In this document: positions 20,701 through 29,100 of the stretch, piece after piece
How positions within the stretch are numbered: the stretch's first letter is position 1
How the letters are laid out: each line of letters opens with the position of its first letter
Assembly: GCA_021736985.1 (NCBI GenBank)
Contig: JAIPEW010000001.1
Location: 159,649-223,648 of the forward strand
Length of the DNA stretch: 64,000 nt
From: Clostridiales bacterium
GTDB taxonomy: Bacteria; Bacillota; Desulfotomaculia; Desulfotomaculales; VENG01
Direction: 5' to 3'
Notes under the pieces: model-generated
Told to the model about the DNA's origin: nothing
The model's database searches: none
Seen by the model: only the letters and a program-made list of their open reading frames with translations
Program-made: the position numbers and the translations under genes

Positions 20701-23628
20701 GTAACCATCTTTGTCGTAACCCTGGCGGTCATAGCCCCAGGGGTCATATCCGCTGCGGTTGTAACCTTCGTAATCGAAACCTTCCCGGTCATAGCCGTCT
20801 CGATCATAGCCATCCTGGTTAAAACCGTCTTTGTCGTAGCCGTACTCGTCACAGCTGTCTTTATCGTAACTCTGCCGGTCATATCCCTCCCGGTCGTAAC
20901 CGTTACGATTGTAACCGGTTTTGTCATAGCCATCTCGATCATAGCCGTTCCTGTCAAAACCATTGCAGTCGTATCCGTTCCGGTCCCATCCTTCTTTATT
21001 AAAGCCCTCTTTGTCATAACCCTGTTTGTTATACCCACTGGCATCATATCCACTGCGATTATAGCCCTTGCGGTCATAACCATTCACATCGTAACCATTG
21101 CGGTCGAAGCCTTCCCGGTCAAATCCGTTTCTGTTATAACCCTGGCGATCAAAACTGTCTTTATTAAATCCTTCCCGGTCAAAACCTTGCCTATCGAAAC
21201 CTTCTTTATCAAATCCGGCCTTGTTAAAGCCATCCTTGTCGAAGCCTTCCCTGTCAAAACCATCTCGATCATAACCGTCCCTGTTAAGACCATTGCAATC
21301 GTATCCGTTCCGGTCCCATCCCTTTTCATTAAAGCCCTCTTTGTCATACCCCTGTTCATCATACCCACTGGTATCATATCCACTGTGATTATACCCCTTG
21401 CGGTCATAACCATTTACATCGTAACCATTGCGGTCGTAGCCTTCCCGGTCAAATCCGTTTCTGTTATAACCCTGGCGATCAAAACCGTCCTTATTAAATC
21501 CTTCCTGGTCAAAGCCTTCTCTATCGAAACCTTCTTTATCAAATTCGGCCTTATTAAAGCCATTTTTGTCAAAGCCTTCTTGGTCAAAACCATCTCGATC
21601 ATAGCCGTCCTTGTTAAAACCGTTGCGGTCGTATCCGTCGTGATCCCGTCCCTCTTTATTGAAGCCCTCATTGTCATAGTCCTGTTTATCAAAACCTTCC
21701 CGGTTGATCCCTTTTTCGTTAAAACCAAACTCGTTTTTGTTAAAATCTTCTCTATTAAAGTCTTCTTTATCGAACCCGTTTTTATCGTAATCACTGCGGT
21801 TATACCCTTCGGCATTGAATCCGTCCTCGTCATATTCGGATTTTTCAGCCCCCTGGGATGGACCAGTAGCTTTCTCCCGGGCAGGTTCTTCAAAAGCGCT
21901 GGTGTCGATTAAAATACCGTCATCGGAGTTTTCTACCCCGGTTGTATCCGGCTGTATTGCCCGGTCATCTTCAATTTCAGTTTTTATGCCGGCAGTGGTT
22001 GCTTTCGTATCGCCCTCTGCCGTTTTAACTGTCATACTGTCATCCGGTTGGATAGGTACCTTAATATCCTCTGCGGTATCAATAAACACGTCACTGTTTC
22101 CTGTTGGTGTATTTTCTACCCCTGTTGTATGTGTCCCGGAACTATCAACCATATCAACCGTATCAATGAAGATTTCCGGTTTGTCCCCGGTATCTGTTTG
22201 TTGTTGCAGCTCTTCGTTTGTCGTGCTCGAATTATCTGTCCCGGGGACCGGACGCTCAGGCTCGGTTTGGGTAGAGGCAGGTTTAGATCCACCGCGTCTT
22301 CGTCCCGGCTGGCCAATTTCCCGGGCTGAGCCGTTAAACTGCGCGCTTGAAGAAGGGGAGGAACCTTCTGACCCCTGGCCTCCCTTGACCGGTGATGTTG
22401 AGGTTCCTGGAGGTGCACCACCATTGCCACCTAATCCGGCCAAAGCGCCTAAAAGTGTGGCAAGCAAACCGGGAACTGTTATTCCGACTACAGCCTCCGT
22501 GGTATTAGATGGGCCCGGTATGTTGCCTACTGAACCCACTCCGGCCGGGCTTATTGTGCCGGGACTGCTATCATCTGAACCATCTATTGCATCGCCGGCA
22601 ACCTGGAAATGCGGGGTAGCCTTTACAAACCCCATACCCCTGCCTCCCGAATCGTTATTCTGGGCCCAGGTTGACGGTTTGGAATCAGTTACCGTGTATG
22701 TACCGGCAGGTATCACGATATCAGGAAAGACGTCCCAATAAGCATTCGGCACTCCCCCTTGTCCTGGTTTGCCGCTGGCCTGCCATGGGCCGTACATCTT
22801 GCCGTTCTGGTCCTTTAGCCCGATTGTTCCAGGCGTGGACCCTTTGCTGTAATTCCAGTGATAATTCCTTATATAAGTCACCAGGTGGGACCTGTTGATT
22901 GTAAAGGTAGTAGGGGCTGTTGGCCCGTTCTTTACAGCGGCAATATTGTTAGTATTGGACACGTCAACCGGTTCTTCCAGGGGATCACCGGTTATTACGG
23001 CCGCAGGTGCCGCTGTATTTTTGCCTTCACTCGCCGGCTTTTCCTGGTCAACCTTTGCATTCGGTTGACTTGAAAGTCCATTTTGTATTAAACCCTCTAA
23101 AACCTGTTGTGCAATGTTTCTGGCAATTTTAAAATCGCTGGCGCTTTTATTACCGGATTCAATAATTTCAACCCTTATAAAGTAATCTGGTAAAACAAGC
23201 ATAACGCCAACGAGATCCATGGCAGTATACTTATACAATTTATAGCCTTGCAGGGAACTGGTGCCGGTTATTTTAAATCCTGTTTCATCCTTTAACTGCT
23301 TGCTCTTAAAATCCAGTACAGCTTGCATTTCTGCTCCATTAACAGGTTTTGCTGCGGAAAAATAACACCAACCACTGCTCAAATCCCCTATAGCTTCGTA
23401 AAATTTAAACCTACCCCCGGGCACGGGTTCTTCACCGGAAATAAACTCCGGTGAACTCAAATTGTTCCTTCCTACTTTATGGACCACATCACCGGTGTCA
23501 GCAGCTGCGGCGGGGCCCGGGAAACTTGTTAATAACAGCATAAACGCCGTACCTAAAACAATTATGTATATGAATTTTTGTGTTGTGTTACTAAGATTTG
23601 CTAAGCGAAGATTCGACAAGCTGTTCAC
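17713..23628 (-). CDS. giant (1971 aa) signal-peptide/TM-anchored protein with a central pentapeptide-repeat array
   Basis: Single uninterrupted ORF. The N-terminal hydrophobic leader ends AAAADTG. A second hydrophobic segment is AVVGITVPGLLATLLGALAGLGG, followed by RRRGG. Then come about 400 aa of G-[FY]-[DN]-x-x repeats and a long charged/helical C-terminal part. Confidence 0.8.
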   Translation of the reverse strand: MNSLSNLRLANLSNTTQKFIYIIVLGTAFMLLLTSFPGPAAAADTGDVVHKVGRNNLSSPEFISGEEPVPGGRFKFYEAIGDLSSGWCYFSAAKPVNGAEMQAVLDFKSKQLKDETGFKITGTSSLQGYKLYKYTAMDLVGVMLVLPDYFIRVEIIESGNKSASDFKIARNIAQQVLEGLIQNGLSSQPNAKVDQEKPASEGKNTAAPAAVITGDPLEEPVDVSNTNNIAAVKNGPTAPTTFTINRSHLVTYIRNYHWNYSKGSTPGTIGLKDQNGKMYGPWQASGKPGQGGVPNAYWDVFPDIVIPAGTYTVTDSKPSTWAQNNDSGGRGMGFVKATPHFQVAGDAIDGSDDSSPGTISPAGVGSVGNIPGPSNTTEAVVGITVPGLLATLLGALAGLGGNGGAPPGTSTSPVKGGQGSEGSSPSSSAQFNGSAREIGQPGRRRGGSKPASTQTEPERPVPGTDNSSTTNEELQQQTDTGDKPEIFIDTVDMVDSSGTHTTGVENTPTGNSDVFIDTAEDIKVPIQPDDSMTVKTAEGDTKATTAGIKTEIEDDRAIQPDTTGVENSDDGILIDTSAFEEPAREKATGPSQGAEKSEYDEDGFNAEGYNRSDYDKNGFDKEDFNREDFNKNEFGFNEKGINREGFDKQDYDNEGFNKEGRDHDGYDRNGFNKDGYDRDGFDQEGFDKNGFNKAEFDKEGFDREGFDQEGFNKDGFDRQGYNRNGFDREGYDRNGYDVNGYDRKGYNHSGYDTSGYDEQGYDKEGFNEKGWDRNGYDCNGLNRDGYDRDGFDREGFDKDGFNKAGFDKEGFDRQGFDREGFNKDSFDRQGYNRNGFDREGFDRNGYDVNGYDRKGYNRSGYDASGYNKQGYDKEGFNKEGWDRNGYDCNGFDRNGYDRDGYDKTGYNRNGYDREGYDRQSYDKDSCDEYGYDKDGFNQDGYDRDGYDREGFDYEGYNRSGYDPWGYDRQGYDKDGYHWSGYNADGYNRAGLHWSDNPYKGDSPFNVDTRNPFDGGPVNITEDNYGNQVDTGIDWQPTKPPLGEPYPRTVEKYGPKPWTTESSPEVEQPSAPQPQDPGVIGTKDPMNTLKNHEIGKKSPDIPEGNENITVTPEEQETTDLPEDQKEPEVPASKDEQADTPSTGTNSIPQHGDTIVMVGKGDGKEYPLEYDEKTGKWNNLLTGGSVPHEELESYKKDFERWQKDLGEDLRRIRQDIEKMSQRQDANSKAIDQNINDWDKLDQMQKASEKYGIGEKDGPGDVDNAIEELKNDMLEGKAIDRNKMEKINRVIDSRIKGDSTADTGERWKEKPWYKDVDSALKANAESVREVVTGQDSEGNISVLGTTARVMITAATGAGTAQAAMDGALTVAEAMHRIKQSIDRGESDFRSVSKAIGMVILEEEIGRMAGAAGEKASKEMLEKYPAMVNKAADSVEKALLKVSKANQSGSAAAGMISKESADEAVKNIEKQISELGSEMGEEGLEKTSKTLGSNATGSTTARTAAESGDDMAAAAGKTVSESTDDAASAAGKTVSKDADNIAVKTAADSGDIPGGTARSSSDAPTGDAVKSSKAPSSETCETAEQSINRGRRSSEEILDDPAAATKAAEKLQESIKDFDNLPPAKQQDIIKEQAIYDEYRIQAEEKTWNMADKVQRSEKLTIEDALEMKADPASMRTLKNMENADGMGTELGTGGSRKVQTEFNNVLNEEVYQPSYRDVQNHLSDKYNKAEIRVDTVRTPGKEYHPWDVNTDNDIAALRKVVGKDGNVEWVEIPRSEWEDIYYKSYAKNTGFNPRDAAVKFPDENWSHMSDIEQARRWAELHGESPTDVYHPEAARDFSTQRSAMTGGEQPLCPGAAQAADGEGRLVDSEGLGLMEEYKVNHYWEKGDLRSQTEALEQLKKTGAQARNLEQGYKEMGYKIADMPDNMKKALQVVEDSKLSPAARAARLQELGYDSPGDLADKISSRIGALRTAIK
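20640..21840 (-). repeat. coding tandem 15-nt (pentapeptide G-[FY]-[DN]-x-x) repeat array, roughly 80 units
   Basis: The translation reads ...GFNKDGYDRDGFDQEGFDKNGFNKAEFDKEGFDREGFDQ...GYDRQGYDKDGYHWSGYNADGYNRAG. All other frames on both strands are also stop-free here. Confidence 0.85.
20941..21600 (-). repeat. two tandem 330-bp (22-pentad) higher-order repeat units inside the pentapeptide array
   Basis: 20941-21270 and 21271-21600 align base for base with few mismatches. For example, 21061-21180 matches 21391-21510. Confidence 0.8.
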
Positions 23629-23637
23629 CCCACTTAA

Positions 23638-24129
23638 TTATGGTAAAAACCCAATCAGCATCATCCACAGGGTAGAGATCGTAAAGGCCAGAACCGACGG
23701 TATTATCATATTTTTCATGTCCTGGGCTCCCTTTTTTATAACTTCTGTGCCGGCAGTTGCCGCCGAGGTCATAATAGCCGCTGAAGCGAACGGCATTATC
23801 GCATTCCAGCCCATTAACACCTTGGCCAGAACAGCCAGTACTGCAAATGGGACCATGAACAACATGCCTGTACCTACAGCTTCTCGCGCAAATTCGCAAG
23901 TATCCAACCGCAGTTTGGGATTAGCTATATTAAAAAGCATAATAAGCAGCTTTATCACCAGTAATCCAACTACCAGGGAGAGCAGCACTGAAAATAAAAA
24001 TGTCACTACTTGAAAATCAGGTCTAGTGACTGGAATCAACATGCCAAAAACGATAAAACACAAATAAACAGGCCATAGTAAGACTTTCTTCGGGCCGGAA
24101 TTTAATGTATCACCCGATTTTATCTCCAT
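23638..24129 (-). CDS. small polytopic membrane protein
   Basis: 163 aa with 4-5 hydrophobic segments, lying between the Yip1-like gene and the giant gene. Confidence 0.55.
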   Translation of the reverse strand: MEIKSGDTLNSGPKKVLLWPVYLCFIVFGMLIPVTRPDFQVVTFLFSVLLSLVVGLLVIKLLIMLFNIANPKLRLDTCEFAREAVGTGMLFMVPFAVLAVLAKVLMGWNAIMPFASAAIMTSAATAGTEVIKKGAQDMKNMIIPSVLAFTISTLWMMLIGFLP

Positions 24130-24148
24130 AATTTTTAAGTCTCCTTTC

Positions 24149-24718
24149 TTATATGCCTAAACGTCCGAGAAAGGCCCATCCCATAAGGAGTATAGCGCCG
24201 CACAGGGTAGTTAACGTCAGGCTAAAGGCTATCCGGTCGCCGGACATTTGCCGTATAGTAAACAAGTTAGGCCTGAGAGCCCATAAAACACCGGTGACCC
24301 CAAAGGCCACGGCAGTACTCCACCCGAAAACCAAAGAAAATATGAGACCTGTCAAAGCATAGACCAGCGTGGCGGAATAACCCAGTGCAAACGAAGATAT
24401 AGCCCAATCAACTGTATAATCACGGCTTGCGGCCTGCGATAACGCCCAGACCATTAACGCAATCAATGTTAATCCTGCTGTACCATAGAGAAGCCCCAGA
24501 AAAGTAATTAGTACTACTGTGGATAACTCAATTTGACCTGCCCGGTACATATCAAGCCCGGTTTGCAGGAAAAACAGGGTAAATGATAATCCGGATATTA
24601 TTAAGGAATAAGGCCAGGGAATCTTAGACAGTTGATCTTTAACTACCGATCCCGGGTTTATTATCATGTTCATAGCTGTTTTCCAGCGAGGTGTTTGAAC
24701 AGGAGCCAGTGTATTCAT
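24149..24718 (-). CDS. Yip1-domain-like membrane protein
   Basis: 189 aa. A short N-terminal soluble part (INPGSVVKDQLSKIPWPYSL) is followed by 5 TM segments, the typical Yip1/DUF1282 layout. Confidence 0.5.
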   Translation of the reverse strand: MNTLAPVQTPRWKTAMNMIINPGSVVKDQLSKIPWPYSLIISGLSFTLFFLQTGLDMYRAGQIELSTVVLITFLGLLYGTAGLTLIALMVWALSQAASRDYTVDWAISSFALGYSATLVYALTGLIFSLVFGWSTAVAFGVTGVLWALRPNLFTIRQMSGDRIAFSLTLTTLCGAILLMGWAFLGRLGI

Positions 24719-25071
24719 ATTTGTTTAAATTTCACTCCTTATTAAAAAATAAATTTATTGCCCAATTTTTTATCCAAGTTAATATGGATAGCACAACTTT
24801 TGATGTACATGCTTTTTATGGTGACAATCCCTAGCTTTACTATCTGCCGATTTTTTCAAAGATGAAAATAGATATCAACTCCTTATCACCAATGATATAT
24901 TTTTCCTGATCCACATTAATTTACTTAAATTTAAATTTTATCAGATTTATTTCTTCAAATAATAAATCTACACGTTTTGGCATTGCCAATTTTTTTGACA
25001 ATAATTGTGCCAATTTTATTGTAGCTTATCGAGCATTCTGGTAATATACGAATTAATAGGAGGCACTATAA

Positions 25072-26604
25072 ATGACATTTGCAGAAAAACTTGATTTGTT
25101 GATGAACATTACAAATACATCCAACAGCGTCCTGGCTCGCAATATTTCTATGGATGCTTCCTTTATCAGCCGTTTACGACGAGGAGTACGTACCCCTGCC
25201 AGGAACGCAGACTATCTCAAGGTGATGGCCGCATACTTTGCTCGCAATTGCCGGGCCGAATACCAAAAAACTGCCCTGTGGGGAACCATTAAAAGCAGTG
25301 CTAAAGTTCAACCGCAAGAAACAGCTGCTATGGAGGAGCTTATATATAAATGGCTCAAGGAGGAAGATGAAGACAAGCCAGAATGTATTAATAAATTTTT
25401 AACTGACGTTAGCCACATTCAATTTAAAAAACACGAACCGGCAGCGCCTGTGGATTTTGATAAACAGAATTACAAAGCGCTTTCTGAAGTGGAAATGTTT
25501 TATGGTGTTGAGGGTAAACAAAAGGCGGTGCTTGCTTTTTTATCGTTGGTTTTGCAAAATAAAAAACCACAAACCCTGTTTTTATACAGCGATGAGGATA
25601 TGGGTTGGCTTACTGAAAACCGTAGATTTACCTTGAAATGGTCGAACCGACTGGCCGAGGTCATCAGGAACGGCAATAAAATAAAAATTATCCATACAGT
25701 AAATCGTAATTTAGATGAAATGCTTACAGCTGTAAAAGAATGGGTGCCAATGTATATGACTGGCAATATTGAACCCTATTACTATCCGAGAAACCGTGAC
25801 GGTTTATTTCGGAGAACACTGTTTATAGCTCCAGATACCGCTGCCGTAACTTCATGCTCTGTGGGCAGTGAAATTAAAAATGCAGCTAATTTTCTCTTCA
25901 CTAATTCAAATACAATAAAAGCGCTGTTTGAGGAATATAACAATCTTCTTGCCTACTGCCGCAGGCTGATGCGTATATTTACTCCTTTTTGCAATGACAA
26001 TTATTTGTCACTTCTGGCTGAATTTGAAGAAAAGGAAAAAGATACAATCGTTAAAACTGACGCTCTTACCACTATTACCATGCCTCCTGATGTTTGGGAA
26101 CGCATACTGGCGCGAATAGAAATTCCTGATAAAGACCACCTGTTATCCTACCATCAAACGAGAATAAAGAAATTTCTTAGCAGTCTGCAAAAATACAAGT
26201 TTAATGAAATCATTTCCCTGCCGGAGACGGATAAAATATTAGCAGGGGACATTGTGGTTAATTTCTCTGACATCTTAAAAGAAAGCCTTGCTTTTTATAC
26301 ACACGAGGAATATCGACAGCATTTGCAAAATATTATTCAACTTCTTAAAAATTACAATAACTACCACGTATATTTAACCAGTGATAGGCCTCTAGAAGGA
26401 AGTATGATTTATGTAAGAGAAGATGTAGGAGTATTATTTGGAAAAACGTTACCGCCCTCTGTTGTGTTTGCATTAAACGAAAGCAATATGACAGCAGCCT
26501 TTTGGGATTACACGAATCAATTAATTAGTAATAAATCGCGGTGTAATATGGACAGGAATCATACTATAGCTGTGTTGGAGGCAGCAGTGGCTAAGTTAAA
26601 ATGA
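25072..26604 (+). CDS. large (510 aa) XRE-like HTH-domain protein
   Basis: N-terminus FAEKLDLLMNITNTSNSVLARNISMDASFISRLRRGVRTP resembles an XRE-type HTH. The remaining 440 aa or so are unassigned. Strong SD taggagg. Confidence 0.6.
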   Translation: MTFAEKLDLLMNITNTSNSVLARNISMDASFISRLRRGVRTPARNADYLKVMAAYFARNCRAEYQKTALWGTIKSSAKVQPQETAAMEELIYKWLKEEDEDKPECINKFLTDVSHIQFKKHEPAAPVDFDKQNYKALSEVEMFYGVEGKQKAVLAFLSLVLQNKKPQTLFLYSDEDMGWLTENRRFTLKWSNRLAEVIRNGNKIKIIHTVNRNLDEMLTAVKEWVPMYMTGNIEPYYYPRNRDGLFRRTLFIAPDTAAVTSCSVGSEIKNAANFLFTNSNTIKALFEEYNNLLAYCRRLMRIFTPFCNDNYLSLLAEFEEKEKDTIVKTDALTTITMPPDVWERILARIEIPDKDHLLSYHQTRIKKFLSSLQKYKFNEIISLPETDKILAGDIVVNFSDILKESLAFYTHEEYRQHLQNIIQLLKNYNNYHVYLTSDRPLEGSMIYVREDVGVLFGKTLPPSVVFALNESNMTAAFWDYTNQLISNKSRCNMDRNHTIAVLEAAVAKLK

Positions 26605-26849
26605 AAATTATTTGCTAAATTTCAAAACCTGAACCTTGTTTCATTAGTACCTTATTATTAACAAAACAAGGTACCGGATATTTTTACCAGTAACTTTATC
26701 CAATACTTTTTGCCTCAAATTGTTCTGGTAAGTTTAACCTTTCCCAAACTTATTTTCTAGTTGCATAATTATAATTGTTTTTTTACGCCTTTTAGTATAA
26801 TTTTAAAAAATGAATTGTTTACTAAATATTGATAAGGTTGGTGGGAAAA

Positions 26850-27026
26850 ATGAAATTAAGAGCTGCAATAGTAATTGCAATAATACTGTTACTTGGACTT
26901 ATATATGGCTGCAGTTCAAATAAACAAGCAGATGCTTTATTAAATAAAGAACAATTTCCTGCTGATTGGGTTCTGCAAAAGTCAAGATGCTTAGTGTCTG
27001 AAAATCTAAGCGGGTTTCCCGTTTAA
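26850..27026 (+). CDS. small putative lipoprotein (58 aa)
   Basis: MKLRAAIVIAIILLLGLIYGCSS signal/lipobox-like leader. SD ggtggg. It ends 7 nt before the oxidoreductase gene. Confidence 0.4.
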   Translation: MKLRAAIVIAIILLLGLIYGCSSNKQADALLNKEQFPADWVLQKSRCLVSENLSGFPV

Positions 27027-27033
27027 AGAATGG

Positions 27034-28149
27034 ATGATAATGATGAAAAAATTCTTTGAGAAAATAAACCTTGGAGGTATTGAGGTAAGTAATAGAATAG
27101 TTCGCTCTGCTACCGGAGAAAGCCTGGCAGCTGAAGAGGGTTATGTAAATGAAGATGTTTTTAAAATCTACAAAGATTTAGCAGAAGGAAAAGTAGGACT
27201 TATTATTACCGGGATGATGGCAGTTAAAAAAAATGATATATGTCCTGGATTATTGCGTATACATGACGATGACTATATTGAAGGTTTACAAAAAATATGT
27301 AGTGTAGTACATAAAAATAATAGTAAAATAATGGCTCAATTAGCTCACGGGGGAACCCAAATAATTGCTAATCCATCACATAGTCCCATTGGTCCTTCTA
27401 AAGTTAAGGATCTAGTAAGCGGCATTACAGCAAAAGAAATGACACAAGATGATATATATGATCTTGTGAAATCTTTTGGTAATGGAGCTTTAAGAACTAA
27501 AAAAGCAGGTTTTGATGGAATTCAGTTACATGCTGCTCACGGGTATTTATTAAGCAAGTTCTTAACCCCTTATTACAACCAAAGAAATGATGAGTATGGA
27601 GGAAGCCTTAAGAATCGCATAAGAATACTCATAGAAATATTAAATAATGTAAAATCAAAATGCGGGCAAGATTATCCAGTATTTATTAAATTAAATAGCG
27701 CGGATTTTCTTGACCATAATGAAGGTCTTATGTTTAAAGAAGGTTTACAGATTGCTAAACTTGTTGCAGAGGAACGGTTTGACGCAATAGAAGTAAGTGG
27801 TGGAATAACTTATACACCAAATTCAGAATCCAGAAAAAATATTAACTCAAAGGAAAAAGAAGCCTATTTTGAAGGTTATGCTGAAAAGGTTGCTAATGCG
27901 GTTTCCATTCCTGTAATTCTTGTTGGTGGAATTAGAAGTTTAGAAACCATAGAAGAAGTTTTACAAGGTACTGGTATAACAGCCATCTCTTTATGCAGAC
28001 CGCTTATAAGAGAACCCGGCCTGGTAAAAAGATGGCTTGCCGGAGATAGAGAAAAATCTAAATGTATATCCTGTAATAAATGTTTAGATACCCGGGACCT
28101 GGGGTGTTTTAGGATTCGGCAGCAGCCTGAAGAGGATCACCCTAGCTGA
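27034..28149 (+). CDS. NADH:flavin oxidoreductase (Old Yellow Enzyme-like TIM barrel)
   Basis: QLAHGG and DGIQLHAAHGYLLSKFLTPYYNQRNDEYGGSLKNR motifs. Confidence 0.85.
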   Translation: MIMMKKFFEKINLGGIEVSNRIVRSATGESLAAEEGYVNEDVFKIYKDLAEGKVGLIITGMMAVKKNDICPGLLRIHDDDYIEGLQKICSVVHKNNSKIMAQLAHGGTQIIANPSHSPIGPSKVKDLVSGITAKEMTQDDIYDLVKSFGNGALRTKKAGFDGIQLHAAHGYLLSKFLTPYYNQRNDEYGGSLKNRIRILIEILNNVKSKCGQDYPVFIKLNSADFLDHNEGLMFKEGLQIAKLVAEERFDAIEVSGGITYTPNSESRKNINSKEKEAYFEGYAEKVANAVSIPVILVGGIRSLETIEEVLQGTGITAISLCRPLIREPGLVKRWLAGDREKSKCISCNKCLDTRDLGCFRIRQQPEEDHPS

Positions 28150-28876
28150 TATCAGCACCATTTATACCTACAAATTGATATAATGGCTTAAATACAAGAC
28201 CGTTCCACGTTAATGTAGTTTGCACATATCCTAAACTGTCAGCGTTGTACCTGCCTGCAATACGCTGCAGCGCATATAACTCATAAGTTCCATTTCTATC
28301 TACATCTATAGGGTATAAACCGCTTAAAGGATTTACCCACCCTTGAATGGGTTCTACCAGTATTCCATTCTGATCATAGATCTCCGATAAATATTCTTGT
28401 CCTTTATAGGTGATATCAATTGTATAGATTTTATTTAACTGGCTGCTTATAACCTGAACTTTATAATTATCCCTGTACAGTACTTTATATCTGTATTTTT
28501 CATTAAAATCTTCATAATCAAATAATTTTTGAGGTTGATTATTAATAAAGGAATATACGTAATAAAACCCGATAGCGCCGCTTCCTCCTGAGTCAATACT
28601 TATTAAAATATCAGAGATAGAGTCTTTGTTAAAGTCTCCTGTAAACAGGGTAGGATTATAGCCTGCATTAGTTTCCAGTGCGATCCTATATGGTTTACAT
28701 GTTTTATTATTTTGAATTATCAGGGTTATATTTTCTACAAAAGGGCTATCAGGATAGGGGATATTGCCAATAAGATATATAGAGTCTATTATATTATCTC
28801 CGTTTACATCTGCCTGCTTGTAATCAAGAAATTTCACATTATACGGAGTTGCTTCCATTCTAACCACAGCTCCCAT
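28142..28876 (-). CDS. hypothetical protein with FG-GAP/VCBS-like Asp-rich loops
   Basis: DVNGDNIID, GDFNKDSISD and DVDRNGTYE loops spaced through a beta-rich sequence. Confidence 0.5.
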   Translation of the reverse strand: MGAVVRMEATPYNVKFLDYKQADVNGDNIIDSIYLIGNIPYPDSPFVENITLIIQNNKTCKPYRIALETNAGYNPTLFTGDFNKDSISDILISIDSGGSGAIGFYYVYSFINNQPQKLFDYEDFNEKYRYKVLYRDNYKVQVISSQLNKIYTIDITYKGQEYLSEIYDQNGILVEPIQGWVNPLSGLYPIDVDRNGTYELYALQRIAGRYNADSLGYVQTTLTWNGLVFKPLYQFVGINGADIS

Positions 28877-29100
28877 AGATAAATTTTATAAATATAGTAT
28901 TAATAACTAGGAAAAATGTGCTTTATATGGAGATAAATATAAACTAAGGCATTAATTTGGATACAGAATTCTTTATTAGATTTATTGATGTACAGTAGAA
29001 ATGCTTTACACAATATAAAATTTATACTTTAACTTTTTTGTAAATACTTTTAGGATTATTTTTTTTACAATAAGACCAGCAGACAAATTATAAAGGAGAT

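Noticed and set aside
20577-22741. Long ORFs in other frames and on the plus strand across the giant gene (20698-21912 +, 21815-22741 +, 20577-21083 -, 21084-21413 -, 21414-21893 -).
   Set aside because: These are artefacts of the 15-nt repeat, whose codon set lacks stops in all six frames. Their products are low-complexity (VTI/MTA-rich), and they lie wholly inside the 1971-aa ORF.
25072-27026. RRNPP-like quorum-sensing pair: an HTH regulator followed by a small exported peptide gene.
   Set aside because: The regulator's C-terminal 440 aa do not look TPR-like. A terminator-like hairpin (26627-26665) separates the genes. The small ORF has a lipobox and is coupled to the oxidoreductase gene 7 nt downstream.
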